A stretch of DNA of 64,000 nucleotides from a virus (Duplodnaviria > Caudoviricetes): positions 1 to 64,000 of the IMG/VR virus record IMGVR_UViG_3300029288_000071; one strand, written 5' to 3'. Under the pieces are notes generated by a model that saw only the letters and a program-made list of their open reading frames with translations, was not told the origin of the DNA and ran no database searches. The position numbers and the translations under genes are program-made. Of this stretch, positions 48,442-57,936 are shown piece by piece (the first letter of the stretch is position 1; each line of letters starts with the position of its first letter).

Positions 48442-48588
48442 AAATCTTTCTGGTTTAGTTTGTTGATCTTTCTAATATTAAAATTCTTCCATCGGATTCA
48501 AATTCATCTACAAAATCTTTTAAAATACTTGAAAAATTTGAATCTTCTTCCCATCTTGCAATTATAGAATTATCTGGAAGATCTTTAA

Positions 48589-48945
48589 TTAACCTATATT
48601 GCTTATTCTTGCATGTCTTACACTATCAAGATCATCACATATAGTTTCAATTTCATCAAGTTTCTGCATCAATTTTGTATCAAATCTATACTTTGATATT
48701 TTTGCTAGTTTTTCTTTTAAAAATTTTTCATCTTTCAGTAGAACTTTTTGTTCTTTTAAAAGATCTTCTTTACGATTTTTTACAGTGTCTCTAAAGATTT
48801 CTAATTGTGAAGAATGAGCAGTATTAGTAATTCTTTTTAAAATAAATTCAAAAGTTTTAAAAGATAAATCTTTTGGTTCTGGTTTAAAACAAACCATAAA
48901 TGATGTAGTACTACTATTACTAACAAAACCTTTTCTAGTTTTCAT
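48589..48945 (-). CDS. SNSS-leader family protein 4, probably frameshifted near its 3' end
   Basis: MKTRKGFVSNSSTTSF; a protein-like -1 frame continues to 48455. Confidence 0.65.
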   Translation of the reverse strand: MKTRKGFVSNSSTTSFMVCFKPEPKDLSFKTFEFILKRITNTAHSSQLEIFRDTVKNRKEDLLKEQKVLLKDEKFLKEKLAKISKYRFDTKLMQKLDEIETICDDLDSVRHARISNIG

Positions 48946-49151
48946 AAAATTTTCATGTGTTTTTTAAAATGTTTTTCTAAATCTTTTTTATCCCAATTGA
49001 AAATGTCTTTGTCAGAAATATGTTGTACTTTATAAGATTTTTTGTTTACTTTAAGAACTCTATATTTACAACCACAATCTTCTAGAAGAATAGTATCTTT
49101 TTTGATTTTCATTTTAATTTAATACTTAAGATTTTCAATGTAAACAAAAAC

Positions 49152-51089
49152 TTAAGATATTTTTATTCCTGTAATCTTTTCAAAATCTTTTTCAGAAATA
49201 GCTTGAACATTAAGTTGATTTGCTTTTGTCAATTTAGAACCGGGATCTATACCGACGATTAAGTAATCAAGATTCTTATTAACTCCGGCTATTTTTCCGC
49301 CATTATCAGTAATTATTTTTTCAACTTCAGTTCTTTTCTTACTTAATGTTCCAGTAATACAAAAAGTTTTTCCTGTTAAGTTACCAGCAACTGGAGCTGC
49401 TGGTTCTTCAATTTCAATATAAGGAAGAACTTGTTTAATAAATGTTTGTTTGTCTGAGAGTCCTTCATAAATTGCATCTCCAGTTTTTGGGCCTACAATA
49501 AGTTTTAATTGAGTTAAGTCAAAATTTTTGTCAATTAAATCATCAAAATCTATAGTTTCAAGAACTTTAGAAAATGTTCTTTCTCCAGCTCCTGTGATTC
49601 CTAATGATTTAAGAAATTTGCTTTTTGAAATTTTGATGTTATGTAATTGATCCCAAAGTGATGCAGATTGAGTAGGACCAAAACCAACTTTAGCAAAATC
49701 TTCAACACTAATTTCAAATAGATCTTTAGAATCAAGTATTCCTGAATCTACAAGCATTTCAATTGATTTAACTGAAAATCCTTCTATTTCAAGACATCTA
49801 AAAAAGTGTAAAAGAGTTGCAGCTATTTGTGAAGGGCAACTAGAATTTAAGCAAATTAAATGAGCACCTTGATGTTTAATAATTGGTGATGAACAAGAAG
49901 GACAGTGGTTCGGAATATTTAATCTTCGATTTTTAGGGCGAGAAACTACTGAAACTAATTTTGGAATAATTTCATTTGCTTTTTCAATTAATACTGTATC
50001 TCCAATTGCAACATCATTACTTTTGATATAATCAATATTATTTAAAGTTACTCTTCTTACAGATGTTCCAGCTATTTGAACTTCTTTAACTTGCATTACA
50101 GGAACAATTTTTCCTGTCCTAGTTGTTGACCATTCAATATCTAAAACTTCAGTTTCTTTTTTATCCGTTTCAAATTTATAAGCAAGAGCTCCTTTTGGAG
50201 TATAATCTTTAATTCCATAACTATTGAATTCTTTTTTGTTATTTACCCAAAATACAATTCCATCTAAATCATAATGAGATTTTTGTCTAAATTCTGTAAA
50301 ATATTGAATTGCTTCATCAACTAAAATTATATCTTTTGTTGATAACATTTTATATTCTACTACTTCAAATCCGAGATCTTTAAGGAGAATCAACTCGTCT
50401 TCTTTATTACGGTTAATTGTAGATTCATCAAATAAAATATATGAAACAAAACTTAAATTTCTTTGTCCTGTAATTTTTGCTTCTTTTTGTTTGAGAGAAC
50501 CTGATGCATAATTTCTGGGATTCTTGAAAGGTTCAGTTCTTCCAGCTAATTTTTGTATTTCTTTTTCATTTTCATAAAACCACTTGTTATCTACATAAAT
50601 TTCTCCACGAATTTCAATTTTACTATTTAGTGGAACAGGTGAATTTATTTTTTTTGGAATATTTTTGATAAATTTAACATTATCAAGAACATTTTCTCCA
50701 ATTAATCCGTTTCCTCTAGTTACAGCTTTACTCAAATTATAAATTCCACCATAATATTCGTATGTAAGTGAAAGAGAGCAACCATCAATTTTGGGCATTG
50801 CAACTAAAGTTTTGCCAGTATATTCATCATAAATTTCTTCTGGAGTATGACATTTCAAAAGACTTCCCATTGGAAATTCATGTTTCAATTTTTCACCAAA
50901 AGTGCTTTCACCAAGTTCAGAAAAAACTGAATTATTAGGATCTAATTTTTTCAGTTCTTTGACAAGATTATCATATTCAAAATCTGAAATTTCTGGTGAG
51001 TCTTGATTATAATACAAATCATTATGATGTCTGATTTGTTTTACTAAATCATCAATGATGGGAGAATTTAACATTGTTTTATTGGCCAT
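49152..51089 (-). CDS. ligA: NAD-dependent DNA ligase
   Basis: YY...P.ISD.EYD, KIDG, TRGNG, EIRGE, NPRN.A.GSL.Q, AYKF, C4 zinc finger, BRCT. Confidence 0.95.
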   Translation of the reverse strand: MANKTMLNSPIIDDLVKQIRHHNDLYYNQDSPEISDFEYDNLVKELKKLDPNNSVFSELGESTFGEKLKHEFPMGSLLKCHTPEEIYDEYTGKTLVAMPKIDGCSLSLTYEYYGGIYNLSKAVTRGNGLIGENVLDNVKFIKNIPKKINSPVPLNSKIEIRGEIYVDNKWFYENEKEIQKLAGRTEPFKNPRNYASGSLKQKEAKITGQRNLSFVSYILFDESTINRNKEDELILLKDLGFEVVEYKMLSTKDIILVDEAIQYFTEFRQKSHYDLDGIVFWVNNKKEFNSYGIKDYTPKGALAYKFETDKKETEVLDIEWSTTRTGKIVPVMQVKEVQIAGTSVRRVTLNNIDYIKSNDVAIGDTVLIEKANEIIPKLVSVVSRPKNRRLNIPNHCPSCSSPIIKHQGAHLICLNSSCPSQIAATLLHFFRCLEIEGFSVKSIEMLVDSGILDSKDLFEISVEDFAKVGFGPTQSASLWDQLHNIKISKSKFLKSLGITGAGERTFSKVLETIDFDDLIDKNFDLTQLKLIVGPKTGDAIYEGLSDKQTFIKQVLPYIEIEEPAAPVAGNLTGKTFCITGTLSKKRTEVEKIITDNGGKIAGVNKNLDYLIVGIDPGSKLTKANQLNVQAISEKDFEKITGIKIS

Positions 51090-51118
51090 TGAACTACTCC
51101 TTTATAATTGATAAGTAT

Positions 51119-51147
51119 AATTTAATACTTAACAACTTAACAGTAAA
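51119..51147 (-). promoter_or_regulatory. Early promoter of ligA
   Basis: 29-mer identical to 47012..47040. Confidence 0.8.
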
Positions 51148-51167
51148 TATATGGCAGAAATAATTTT

Positions 51168-51437
51168 TCAGTGTTCTACAATAACAATGAATTCTGTTCC
51201 TTCAGGAGAATTTATCTCATTTATAGAAATAAGTCCATCAAAACCAATTTGTTTAAGCAGATTTTTTATGATTAATTTATTTGATTGTTGGTTCATTGGA
51301 ACAAAAACTGAAAGTTTTTGACCAACTTCTGGAATGTTAATTTGTAGATCTGAGATTATTAATAATTGAGAATAGATATCACTTCTAATACTTAAATTTG
51401 GGTGTTTTACAAAAGGAACGCCTGGTTTTACATTCAT
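51168..51437 (-). CDS. Hypothetical protein
   Basis: GGAG SD. Confidence 0.55.
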   Translation of the reverse strand: MNVKPGVPFVKHPNLSIRSDIYSQLLIISDLQINIPEVGQKLSVFVPMNQQSNKLIIKNLLKQIGFDGLISINEINSPEGTEFIVIVEH

Positions 51438-51499
51438 AACTTCTCCACTTTGAAATTAATTTAAAGACTCTTAAAGTAGAAGGCATTGCTCCTTCTCTT

Positions 51500-51571
51500 G
51501 ATAAGAAATTTCAATATCGGCATGGCCGCAATCCCAATGCATATTTCCACGCATAAGGATTGTTTCTTATC
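51500..51571 (-). ncRNA. Structured repeat element, copy C
   Basis: GATAAGAAA/TTTCTTATC; CAATCC/GGATTG; CGGC-CAT-GCCG-ATA. Confidence 0.6.
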
Positions 51572-51601
51572 TGTGCATCTATTTACACCATACTTTAAGA
51601 G

Positions 51602-51958
51602 TCATAAGTTATTTATGAATTCAAAAACCTCTGGATCATTTATTGTACAACCAATTATCCAGCTTAATTTTTTACATCCAAAATCTTGAACAAAAACAGT
51701 TTTAACTCCATGCTTTACACTTAATTTTTCATTTAATGGAATTTCAAAAATAAATTTGTAAATGTGATGATCCATATCTAAAGGAATTTGTAAAATTGCT
51801 TTAGGAAACAAATCAAATTTTCTTGCTGTTATACAATGGTTCAACACAAATTGATAAAATGAAAGTTTTTCTGAAGAAAAACATCTTTTAAAATCTTCTT
51901 TATTGAATCCATCATATTGTTGAGATTCAGGTTTCATTTTATTTCTGTTTATATCCAT
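51602..51958 (-). CDS. Hypothetical protein
   Basis: Downstream of a variant promoter at 51984..52012. Confidence 0.55.
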   Translation of the reverse strand: MDINRNKMKPESQQYDGFNKEDFKRCFSSEKLSFYQFVLNHCITARKFDLFPKAILQIPLDMDHHIYKFIFEIPLNEKLSVKHGVKTVFVQDFGCKKLSWIIGCTINDPEVFEFINNL

Positions 51959-52029
51959 ATTTTTCCTTTTGTTTTGTTAAGTAAATCTAATACTTAATGG
52001 TGACAAAAGAAATAAGCTGTAAAAATATT

Positions 52030-53322
52030 TCAATTAAGAGCTTTTAGATTGATAAGTGGTTTAATTCTATTTATTATTTCTGCAGTTGGTTCAATAGCTG
52101 CTTCGATTACTGAAGCTGACTTATAAGCATCTGGTGCTTCATCAAGTGTAGCATTAACTACTGAAGTAGAATAAATTTCTTTCATTTGTTCTTTAAAAGT
52201 TTCTAAAGATAAAGTTCTTTTTGCTACACCTCTAGCAAGAACTCTTCCTGCACCATGAGGGGCAGATTCATTCCATTCTTTATTTCCTTTTCCTTTACAA
52301 ATAAGAATGCCATCTCTCATATTAAATGGAATGATCATAACTTCATCTTTATGAGCACTAATTGCTCCTTTTCTAATAATCATATCTTTGAAGTCAATAT
52401 AATTATGTATTGATTCAATTTCTTCATCTATGTTCGCATTTGATATTACTTTGTTAAGTATCAATTTTTGCATTTGTTTTCTATTCCATTTAGCATACTC
52501 TTGTGCAAAAATCATATCTTCTAAATATCCTTGAGCATCTGATTTTATAAGATATTCTAATTCATTTGAAACTTTATCTGCTCTACCATAAATTTTTAAT
52601 CTAGCTAATTTGATATCTTGACTAATTCTTTGTCTAAGTTCAGGAGTAGTTGCATTAGCTTTTATTAAATCAGTAGCTTTTTTCATTTCTAAATCAAGTA
52701 AAGTTTTATCTTTATTTTGTGCAACTTTAGTCCAATAATTTGCAATTTTTAAACCAAAATTTCTAGAACCAGAATGAATAGTTAACCAAATTTTATCTTC
52801 TAAATCTCTTCCTACTTCAATAAAATGATTTCCACCACCTAAAGTACCAATTGAATTACAAGCATATTTAACATTTACATTAATTTGTTTACATTTATCT
52901 TCAAACCATTTCATATTAAAGAGTTCTGTTCCGCTAAATTTATATACTGCTTTATTTGCTTCTTCCCAAGGAAATTCTTTTTCAAAGTTAAGAATAGCTC
53001 TATTATGAATTTCTTGCCCAAAAGGAATATATTTTCTTATTTCAGAATTAATAAGAGCTTTGTTAATATCTTCTACTTTAATTCTAGTAGCTAACATACC
53101 ACAACCAATATCTACTCCAATTGTGTTTGGAATAATTTTATCAGTTAATGGCATTGTAAAACCCACAACACTTCCCTTTCCTGCATGACAATCAGGCATG
53201 ATAACAACTTGATTTGTAAATGCAGGATGATTGATAAATTTTGTAATTTGAGCTATACACTCTTCTTCAACACTATCAATCATAATTTTTGCTGAAGTAT
53301 ATTTTCCGTTTAATGTAAACAT
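52030..53322 (-). CDS. rtcB: RtcB RNA ligase
   Basis: MPDCHAG, GVDIGCG, GTLGGGNHFIE, HSGSR, HNY, RKGA, PHGAGR, DEAP.AYK. Confidence 0.95.
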   Translation of the reverse strand: MFTLNGKYTSAKIMIDSVEEECIAQITKFINHPAFTNQVVIMPDCHAGKGSVVGFTMPLTDKIIPNTIGVDIGCGMLATRIKVEDINKALINSEIRKYIPFGQEIHNRAILNFEKEFPWEEANKAVYKFSGTELFNMKWFEDKCKQINVNVKYACNSIGTLGGGNHFIEVGRDLEDKIWLTIHSGSRNFGLKIANYWTKVAQNKDKTLLDLEMKKATDLIKANATTPELRQRISQDIKLARLKIYGRADKVSNELEYLIKSDAQGYLEDMIFAQEYAKWNRKQMQKLILNKVISNANIDEEIESIHNYIDFKDMIIRKGAISAHKDEVMIIPFNMRDGILICKGKGNKEWNESAPHGAGRVLARGVAKRTLSLETFKEQMKEIYSTSVVNATLDEAPDAYKSASVIEAAIEPTAEIINRIKPLINLKALN

Positions 53323-53323
53323 G

Positions 53324-54115
53324 CTATGACCATGATATATTTTTGATTGTTATGTAGTTTTTAAGCTTATCAGGAACAAGTTCATCACTATAAGAGTTTG
53401 TAGTATAAATATGATCAATACCTTCTAAAGGTAAGCCTTTAGAAAATATTCCATGACTGACATAAAGGATAATTTTTTGTGCTCCAGCTTTTTTCAATTC
53501 TTTCGCTAATCCAACAAATGTTCCACCACCATCACATAAATCATCTGCTATTAATACATCTTCTCCATTGACTAATTCAGGCTTTTCAATTTTAAATCCA
53601 GATAATTTTCCAGTTGCCATCTCTCTTACTTTAGAACATTTTACAATAACAGACATTATTCGATTGAGCCATTGAAAAGCTCCTTTATCTGGAGATACAA
53701 GTTTTATTCCTGGATATAAAGCTAGAACTTCATTAATTTGATTTTTGGGCAAAATATTTTTTGCTCTTAAAAGTTTTTCACTAACTTCTGAATGAACATT
53801 AAATAAAGTTATTTTGTTGAAGTTGGCTGAATTGAGAATATCAGTAATTACTTTTAAAGTAAAAGGTTGATTCTCGTCTATTGGACGATCCATCCGAGCA
53901 CCCATAAGATAAGCAATTTCAAGATTCACATAAGAAGCTTTTCTGCGGAGGATTTCATTTAGCTGCATTATGTTAAGTAATTCATCTGAGTTTCTAATAC
54001 TACATCTAATAGTATAATCTGGTGCAGCTACAAGACCTTCAGGAATATTTACATGTGGTTGCCCATCAGGAAACTTGAAAGTTTCAATTTTATGTCCATT
54101 TATAGTTGTTTTCAT
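53324..54115 (-). CDS. Ribose-phosphate pyrophosphokinase-like protein (Adps-like)
   Basis: F.FPDGQ.H, Y..ARMDR, SPDKGA, DDLCDGGGTF, HGIFSKG. Confidence 0.85.
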   Translation of the reverse strand: MKTTINGHKIETFKFPDGQPHVNIPEGLVAAPDYTIRCSIRNSDELLNIMQLNEILRRKASYVNLEIAYLMGARMDRPIDENQPFTLKVITDILNSANFNKITLFNVHSEVSEKLLRAKNILPKNQINEVLALYPGIKLVSPDKGAFQWLNRIMSVIVKCSKVREMATGKLSGFKIEKPELVNGEDVLIADDLCDGGGTFVGLAKELKKAGAQKIILYVSHGIFSKGLPLEGIDHIYTTNSYSDELVPDKLKNYITIKNISWS

Positions 54116-55206
54116 AATTGACTTTCAATAAGTTCTCGAATTTTTTGTAAAGTTTGATCTTTGATTAATTTCCCATCCAAAAAAACAGTTTCAAGCAAGC
54201 CATCATGCTCTTCATCCATTGTAACTTGTTGTTGGACAGAAATTTTTCCATCAACATTTCTTTCCAACTTCATCATTCCTTTGTGAGATTTTTTCATCCC
54301 ATCATCTGTTTTTGGATCTTTGAAAATTTCAACTTGTCCACGAGATACTGTTTGACCCCAAGTTGCTTTCATTGCAAATCCATAAGAATCTCTTGTTACA
54401 TATTCATAAATGTAAGAGCCTATTCCCAAAACAATATTTGTGCTTGCAAATCCCTTATATTTCAATTGTTGTAGAATTTGCCATTGTCTTTCAAGATTAA
54501 TTGAATCTCCATAAATGAGACCAATATGCGGATTAAGTTCTTTATAACCCAAACGAGAATGTTCCAGTAAAAGAAAGAAGATGACCTGCACCTGACATTG
54601 CAGCATCTTCTAATCCTGACATTCCCCGGTAACTAAAATCATGGCCTTGCCATTTGATAAAATCTCTTGATGAACCGGTCTCTTTAGCAAATATTTCAAA
54701 AGCTCTTCGATATTGAAAAGCTGTAGTTGCTGAAGTACAGGGTTTCCATAAAATATTTGACATTTGAGTTTCAATCATGTTTGTCAACCAGAAAAATTCT
54801 GGTTTAGTATTACGAATTGTCAAAAGTGGAACATTAGTAGGAACTAAGGTTCCTTCAGGAACTGCTTTGATTCTCAATGGAAGATGTCCTAATTCCCAAA
54901 GAGCATCTATATGATCAAATTTGATTGCATCTTTTCCCAAGTAATTGTTGATCCGACGTTTGTATTCTCTCAAAACAATGTCTTTTGGCCGGCTAAAAAA
55001 TTTTTCATTAAACTGAGCAATGAGATATTCTTTTATGTAGTATTGTAAACCAAACATTATTACATAATCAAAATTTGTACGAGATTTTCGGGGTGTAAAA
55101 TTAGAATAAACATATTGTGTGTCAGATGGATATTGGTGTCAGATGGATATTGGAATCGATGACCAACTTTATATCCATCTTTTTGTAGAATTGGTGATAC
55201 TTTCAT
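54112..55206 (-). pseudogene. Nicotinamide phosphoribosyltransferase-like (Nampt/Namat), disrupted
   Basis: KDGYKVGH..QYP start, HDFSYRG, GHLLSFTGT, IYGDSI, FAMKAT, KDPKTD..KKS. 17-bp duplication frameshift plus internal deletion. Confidence 0.85.
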
Positions 55207-55209
55207 ACT

Positions 55210-55863
55210 TCATCCTTTCATATTTGCATATTTTAAGAGAAATTTTAATTGTTCTTTAATTTCTTTTGTTTTTGTTAAACTCCAAGAGAGATTATGTTGG
55301 AAATCTTTGAATACTAATCCTTCATTTTCTCCTGTTGATCCATCATATTTAATTCCTTTTAAAAAATCTTTCCAAGATTCAAGTTCGAAAGATTTTGCAA
55401 TACCAATTACCACACTTCCTAAGTTTAAATAAATTTGTTCAGGAGCTTCTAAAATATGCTTACCTTGATTAAGAGCATAGTTTTTGAAAACTACAGTTAA
55501 AATATCATATCTATTTTTGTAAGATAGCTTTGTTAAATCTTTTCCTTGGAAAACAGGAATATCCCAAAGGTAAAGTCTATTAGAAATTTCTCCTTGTTTT
55601 CTTCCAATCAATTCTCCATCAAGTAAAGTATCATTTTGAAAAATTTCTTTAAGAATATTCCAATCACTTTCAATGGATGGAGTTAAAGTTGTATGATTTC
55701 TATCCCACATTGTTACTCTAGAGTCTGTAATCTCAGGAATTGTTCTGGATCCATTTTTCTTAAGTTGAAATTTATAATTCTTAAGAATATCTAATTTTCT
55801 CAGATTCTCAATAATAGAATCTGGATTGTAGATAATTTTGGGTTTTGAAGGCCATAGAAACAT
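55210..55863 (-). CDS. ATP-dependent ligase-type nucleotidyltransferase domain, no OB fold
   Basis: KKNG.R, LDGELI, LWDI, EGLVFK. Confidence 0.75.
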   Translation of the reverse strand: MFLWPSKPKIIYNPDSIIENLRKLDILKNYKFQLKKNGSRTIPEITDSRVTMWDRNHTTLTPSIESDWNILKEIFQNDTLLDGELIGRKQGEISNRLYLWDIPVFQGKDLTKLSYKNRYDILTVVFKNYALNQGKHILEAPEQIYLNLGSVVIGIAKSFELESWKDFLKGIKYDGSTGENEGLVFKDFQHNLSWSLTKTKEIKEQLKFLLKYANMKG

Positions 55864-55865
55864 TT

Positions 55866-56177
55866 TTAATCCTCATCATATTCATGTTCTTCATCACGTT
55901 CTTCAACAATAGCATCTCTATATTCTTGTAAAGCTTTTCTATCATAGCCTAATTTATTAGTGAGATGTTCTTCAATCATTAAAACTTTGTAAGACTTTTC
56001 AGTCATATCTGCGGGGAATTCATGACCATCTTGTGAAAACCAAACTCTATAAAGTCCATGTTCTTGAGTTGGTTTTTCAACTCTTGCAATTGTTCTTTTT
56101 TGTAGTTTTAAACCTTTTCTCAATTCTTCCATTTGTTTCACAACCTTTAGCATTGCAGTATTTGTTTTTTTGGCCAT
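55866..56177 (-). CDS. Hypothetical protein
   Basis: AAGGAG SD; first gene after promoter. Confidence 0.65.
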   Translation of the reverse strand: MAKKTNTAMLKVVKQMEELRKGLKLQKRTIARVEKPTQEHGLYRVWFSQDGHEFPADMTEKSYKVLMIEEHLTNKLGYDRKALQEYRDAIVEERDEEHEYDED

Positions 56178-56210
56178 TGGTATTACTCCTTAATAATTAT
56201 GTTATAGAAC

Positions 56211-56239
56211 AATCTAACACTTTAATCCTTCATAGTAAA
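56211..56239 (-). promoter_or_regulatory. Early promoter
   Basis: TTTACT-N17-TAGATT. Confidence 0.75.
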
Positions 56240-56252
56240 CAACTGACAAAAA

Positions 56253-56510
56253 TTAATTTATTGATGAACTGTTTTGGAATGTAATACGTTTGTATTCAGA
56301 TGAAGCTAATAGATAGGTAGCTAATAGTTCAGATAAAACTGCTATTGCTATAGGTAGAGGTATATTATTATTTTGAAAGATCAAATGTACGTCTTGCATA
56401 ATTGCTTCTTGATTTTTAGGATCAATAGTAGGGCCATTTAACTTAACAGAATCAATAATCTGTAAAGTTTTAGCAGTAAAATATTCTTCTAACTTAATTT
56501 GTTCTTCCAT
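56253..56510 (-). CDS. Hypothetical protein
   Basis: ORF track. Confidence 0.55.
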   Translation of the reverse strand: MEEQIKLEEYFTAKTLQIIDSVKLNGPTIDPKNQEAIMQDVHLIFQNNNIPLPIAIAVLSELLATYLLASSEYKRITFQNSSSIN

Positions 56511-56538
56511 ATATTTATTAGTAAGGATTGTAGTTTTT

Positions 56539-57168
56539 ATGAATAATCGAGAAAAAACAAAAAAAGAAAAATATCAAATACAAAATTGGTGTAAATTACA
56601 TCGTAAAGAAAGATCAGAATTATCTAAAAAATTTTGGTCAAATCCAGAAAATAGAAGACGATTAGGAATTACTCAATCTAAACGCCTCACTCCTGAAGTT
56701 AGAAGAAAACAAGGCATATCTAAACAAAAATCTTGGACTCCAATCCTCGGTGTAATCCTTTCAAAACAAATAACTTTAGGTAGAAACCGTCAAAATGCAG
56801 AAAAAATATGTAAAGAATTTTATAAATCTAGAAAAGGAAATTTTAAAGATTCTAGTAATCTAGTACCTTATAAAACTCAATGGCAATTAACTGCATTTAA
56901 AAAATTAGATGATAACCCTTTAATTAAAAATTGGAATTTTCTTACTGTTGCAATTCAATATAAAGACTTATTGCGTGATAAATTTAGTCATATAGCAATA
57001 GATCTTGAAGTTTTTTATAATGATGGTACTAAAAAACTTATTTTAATACGCCCTGATGGAATGCAACTTGAACATCATGAATTTAATTCATTAAGTTATA
57101 TTGAAAAATACTGTATAGAAAATAAGTATTCTTTTGAAATTTGGACAAAAGAAGCTTTTACTTTATAA
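56539..57168 (+). CDS. NUMOD-like basic region plus TnsA/gp4-like nuclease fold, degenerate active site
   Basis: K..W.NPE.R; YKTQWQ...KKLD.NP....W; D..V.Y.DG.KKLILIRP. Confidence 0.6.
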   Translation: MNNREKTKKEKYQIQNWCKLHRKERSELSKKFWSNPENRRRLGITQSKRLTPEVRRKQGISKQKSWTPILGVILSKQITLGRNRQNAEKICKEFYKSRKGNFKDSSNLVPYKTQWQLTAFKKLDDNPLIKNWNFLTVAIQYKDLLRDKFSHIAIDLEVFYNDGTKKLILIRPDGMQLEHHEFNSLSYIEKYCIENKYSFEIWTKEAFTL

Positions 57169-57350
57169 TCAAATCACATTTCAAAGGATAATTTTGAATC
57201 AAAGACATAAAATCTGATTTACTATTTTTTGAAACTATAATTTTACTTACATGTTCTTGAAATGTATAAGGGGGTTCAAGAATTTCATATTGTCTATTTT
57301 CTTGATCTGATTTTTTCTTTAATATTTTAGTTTCTGATCTCATTTTTGTC

Positions 57351-57575
57351 TCATTTTTTAACTATTTCTACTTCTGCCCAAGCAACAAGATGGACCCATT
57401 CATTTTTCATATTTTTACAAAGTGAATACATTCCATCTATATGATAAAAATCTAATATTTCATCTTCTTCAATTTCAGGAGCAGCTGGAGGAATTTTTCT
57501 ACAATTTCTTTTTCCACTTGCTAATTGTTTACATACTTTAATTCTTGTATTTCTTGGAACATTATAAAGTTTCAT
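57351..57575 (-). CDS. Hypothetical protein
   Basis: Start moved to MKLYNVPRN (the predicted start lies inside a tRNA); HIDGMYS.C. Confidence 0.65.
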   Translation of the reverse strand: MKLYNVPRNTRIKVCKQLASGKRNCRKIPPAAPEIEEDEILDFYHIDGMYSLCKNMKNEWVHLVAWAEVEIVKK

Positions 57576-57577
57576 AG

Positions 57578-57651
57578 TATTCCCGAGCGGATTCGAACCG
57601 CTACAACACAATTTAGGAAATTGTGACTCTGTCCAATTGAGCTACGGGAAT
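57578..57651 (-). tRNA. tRNA-Arg(CCT)
   Basis: Cloverleaf; ACAAT-TTCCTAA-ATTGT; GGTTCGAATCC. Confidence 0.85.
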
Positions 57652-57771
57652 ATAAACTGGTTCTCGTAGGAAGAACCAGTAAGCCCTTTTACCAATATAA
57701 ATTCCTCGTGTTCATTTGATTTGTGTCCTCCTTTCTAAAATGAATAAAATTGTAGAAATTAAGGGTAAAGC

Positions 57772-57834
57772 TTGATTTATGTTTTATCGGTAGTACCGCA
57801 ATCCTACTTTAAAAAGCAAAAGTAGATTTGTCAT
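57772..57834 (-). ncRNA. Structured repeat element, copy D, inside the tRNA cluster
   Basis: GACAAATCTACTTT...AAAGTAGGATTG-CGGT-ACT-ACCG-ATAAAACATAAATC. Confidence 0.6.
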
Positions 57835-57862
57835 TAATGAGGCTAATCAGGCCATCATTAAG

Positions 57863-57936
57863 TAGCCCAGATGGGATTCGAACCCATAGATTTCTGATTC
57901 TAAGTCAGATAGATATGCCAGTTCTCGTACTGGGCC
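57863..57936 (-). tRNA. tRNA-Leu(TAG), short variable loop
   Basis: TCTGA-CTTAGAA-TCAGA; GGTTCGAATCC; A73. Confidence 0.85.

Noticed and set aside
54542-55206. Intron or programmed frameshift in the Nampt-like gene
   Set aside because: Sequence is missing rather than inserted, and the 5' lesion is a plain tandem duplication; recoding cannot restore the lost motifs.
55866-56177. LTNKLGY (and LLKQIGF at 51168, LKDLGF at 43194) as members of the GY-tag set
   Set aside because: Internal or imperfect matches that could be chance; excluded from the count.
57578-57651. Amber suppressor tRNA (CTA) and stop-codon recoding
   Set aside because: The 7-nt loop TTCCTAA centres on CCT (Arg). Long genes are intact in code 11 and TAG ends normal genes.
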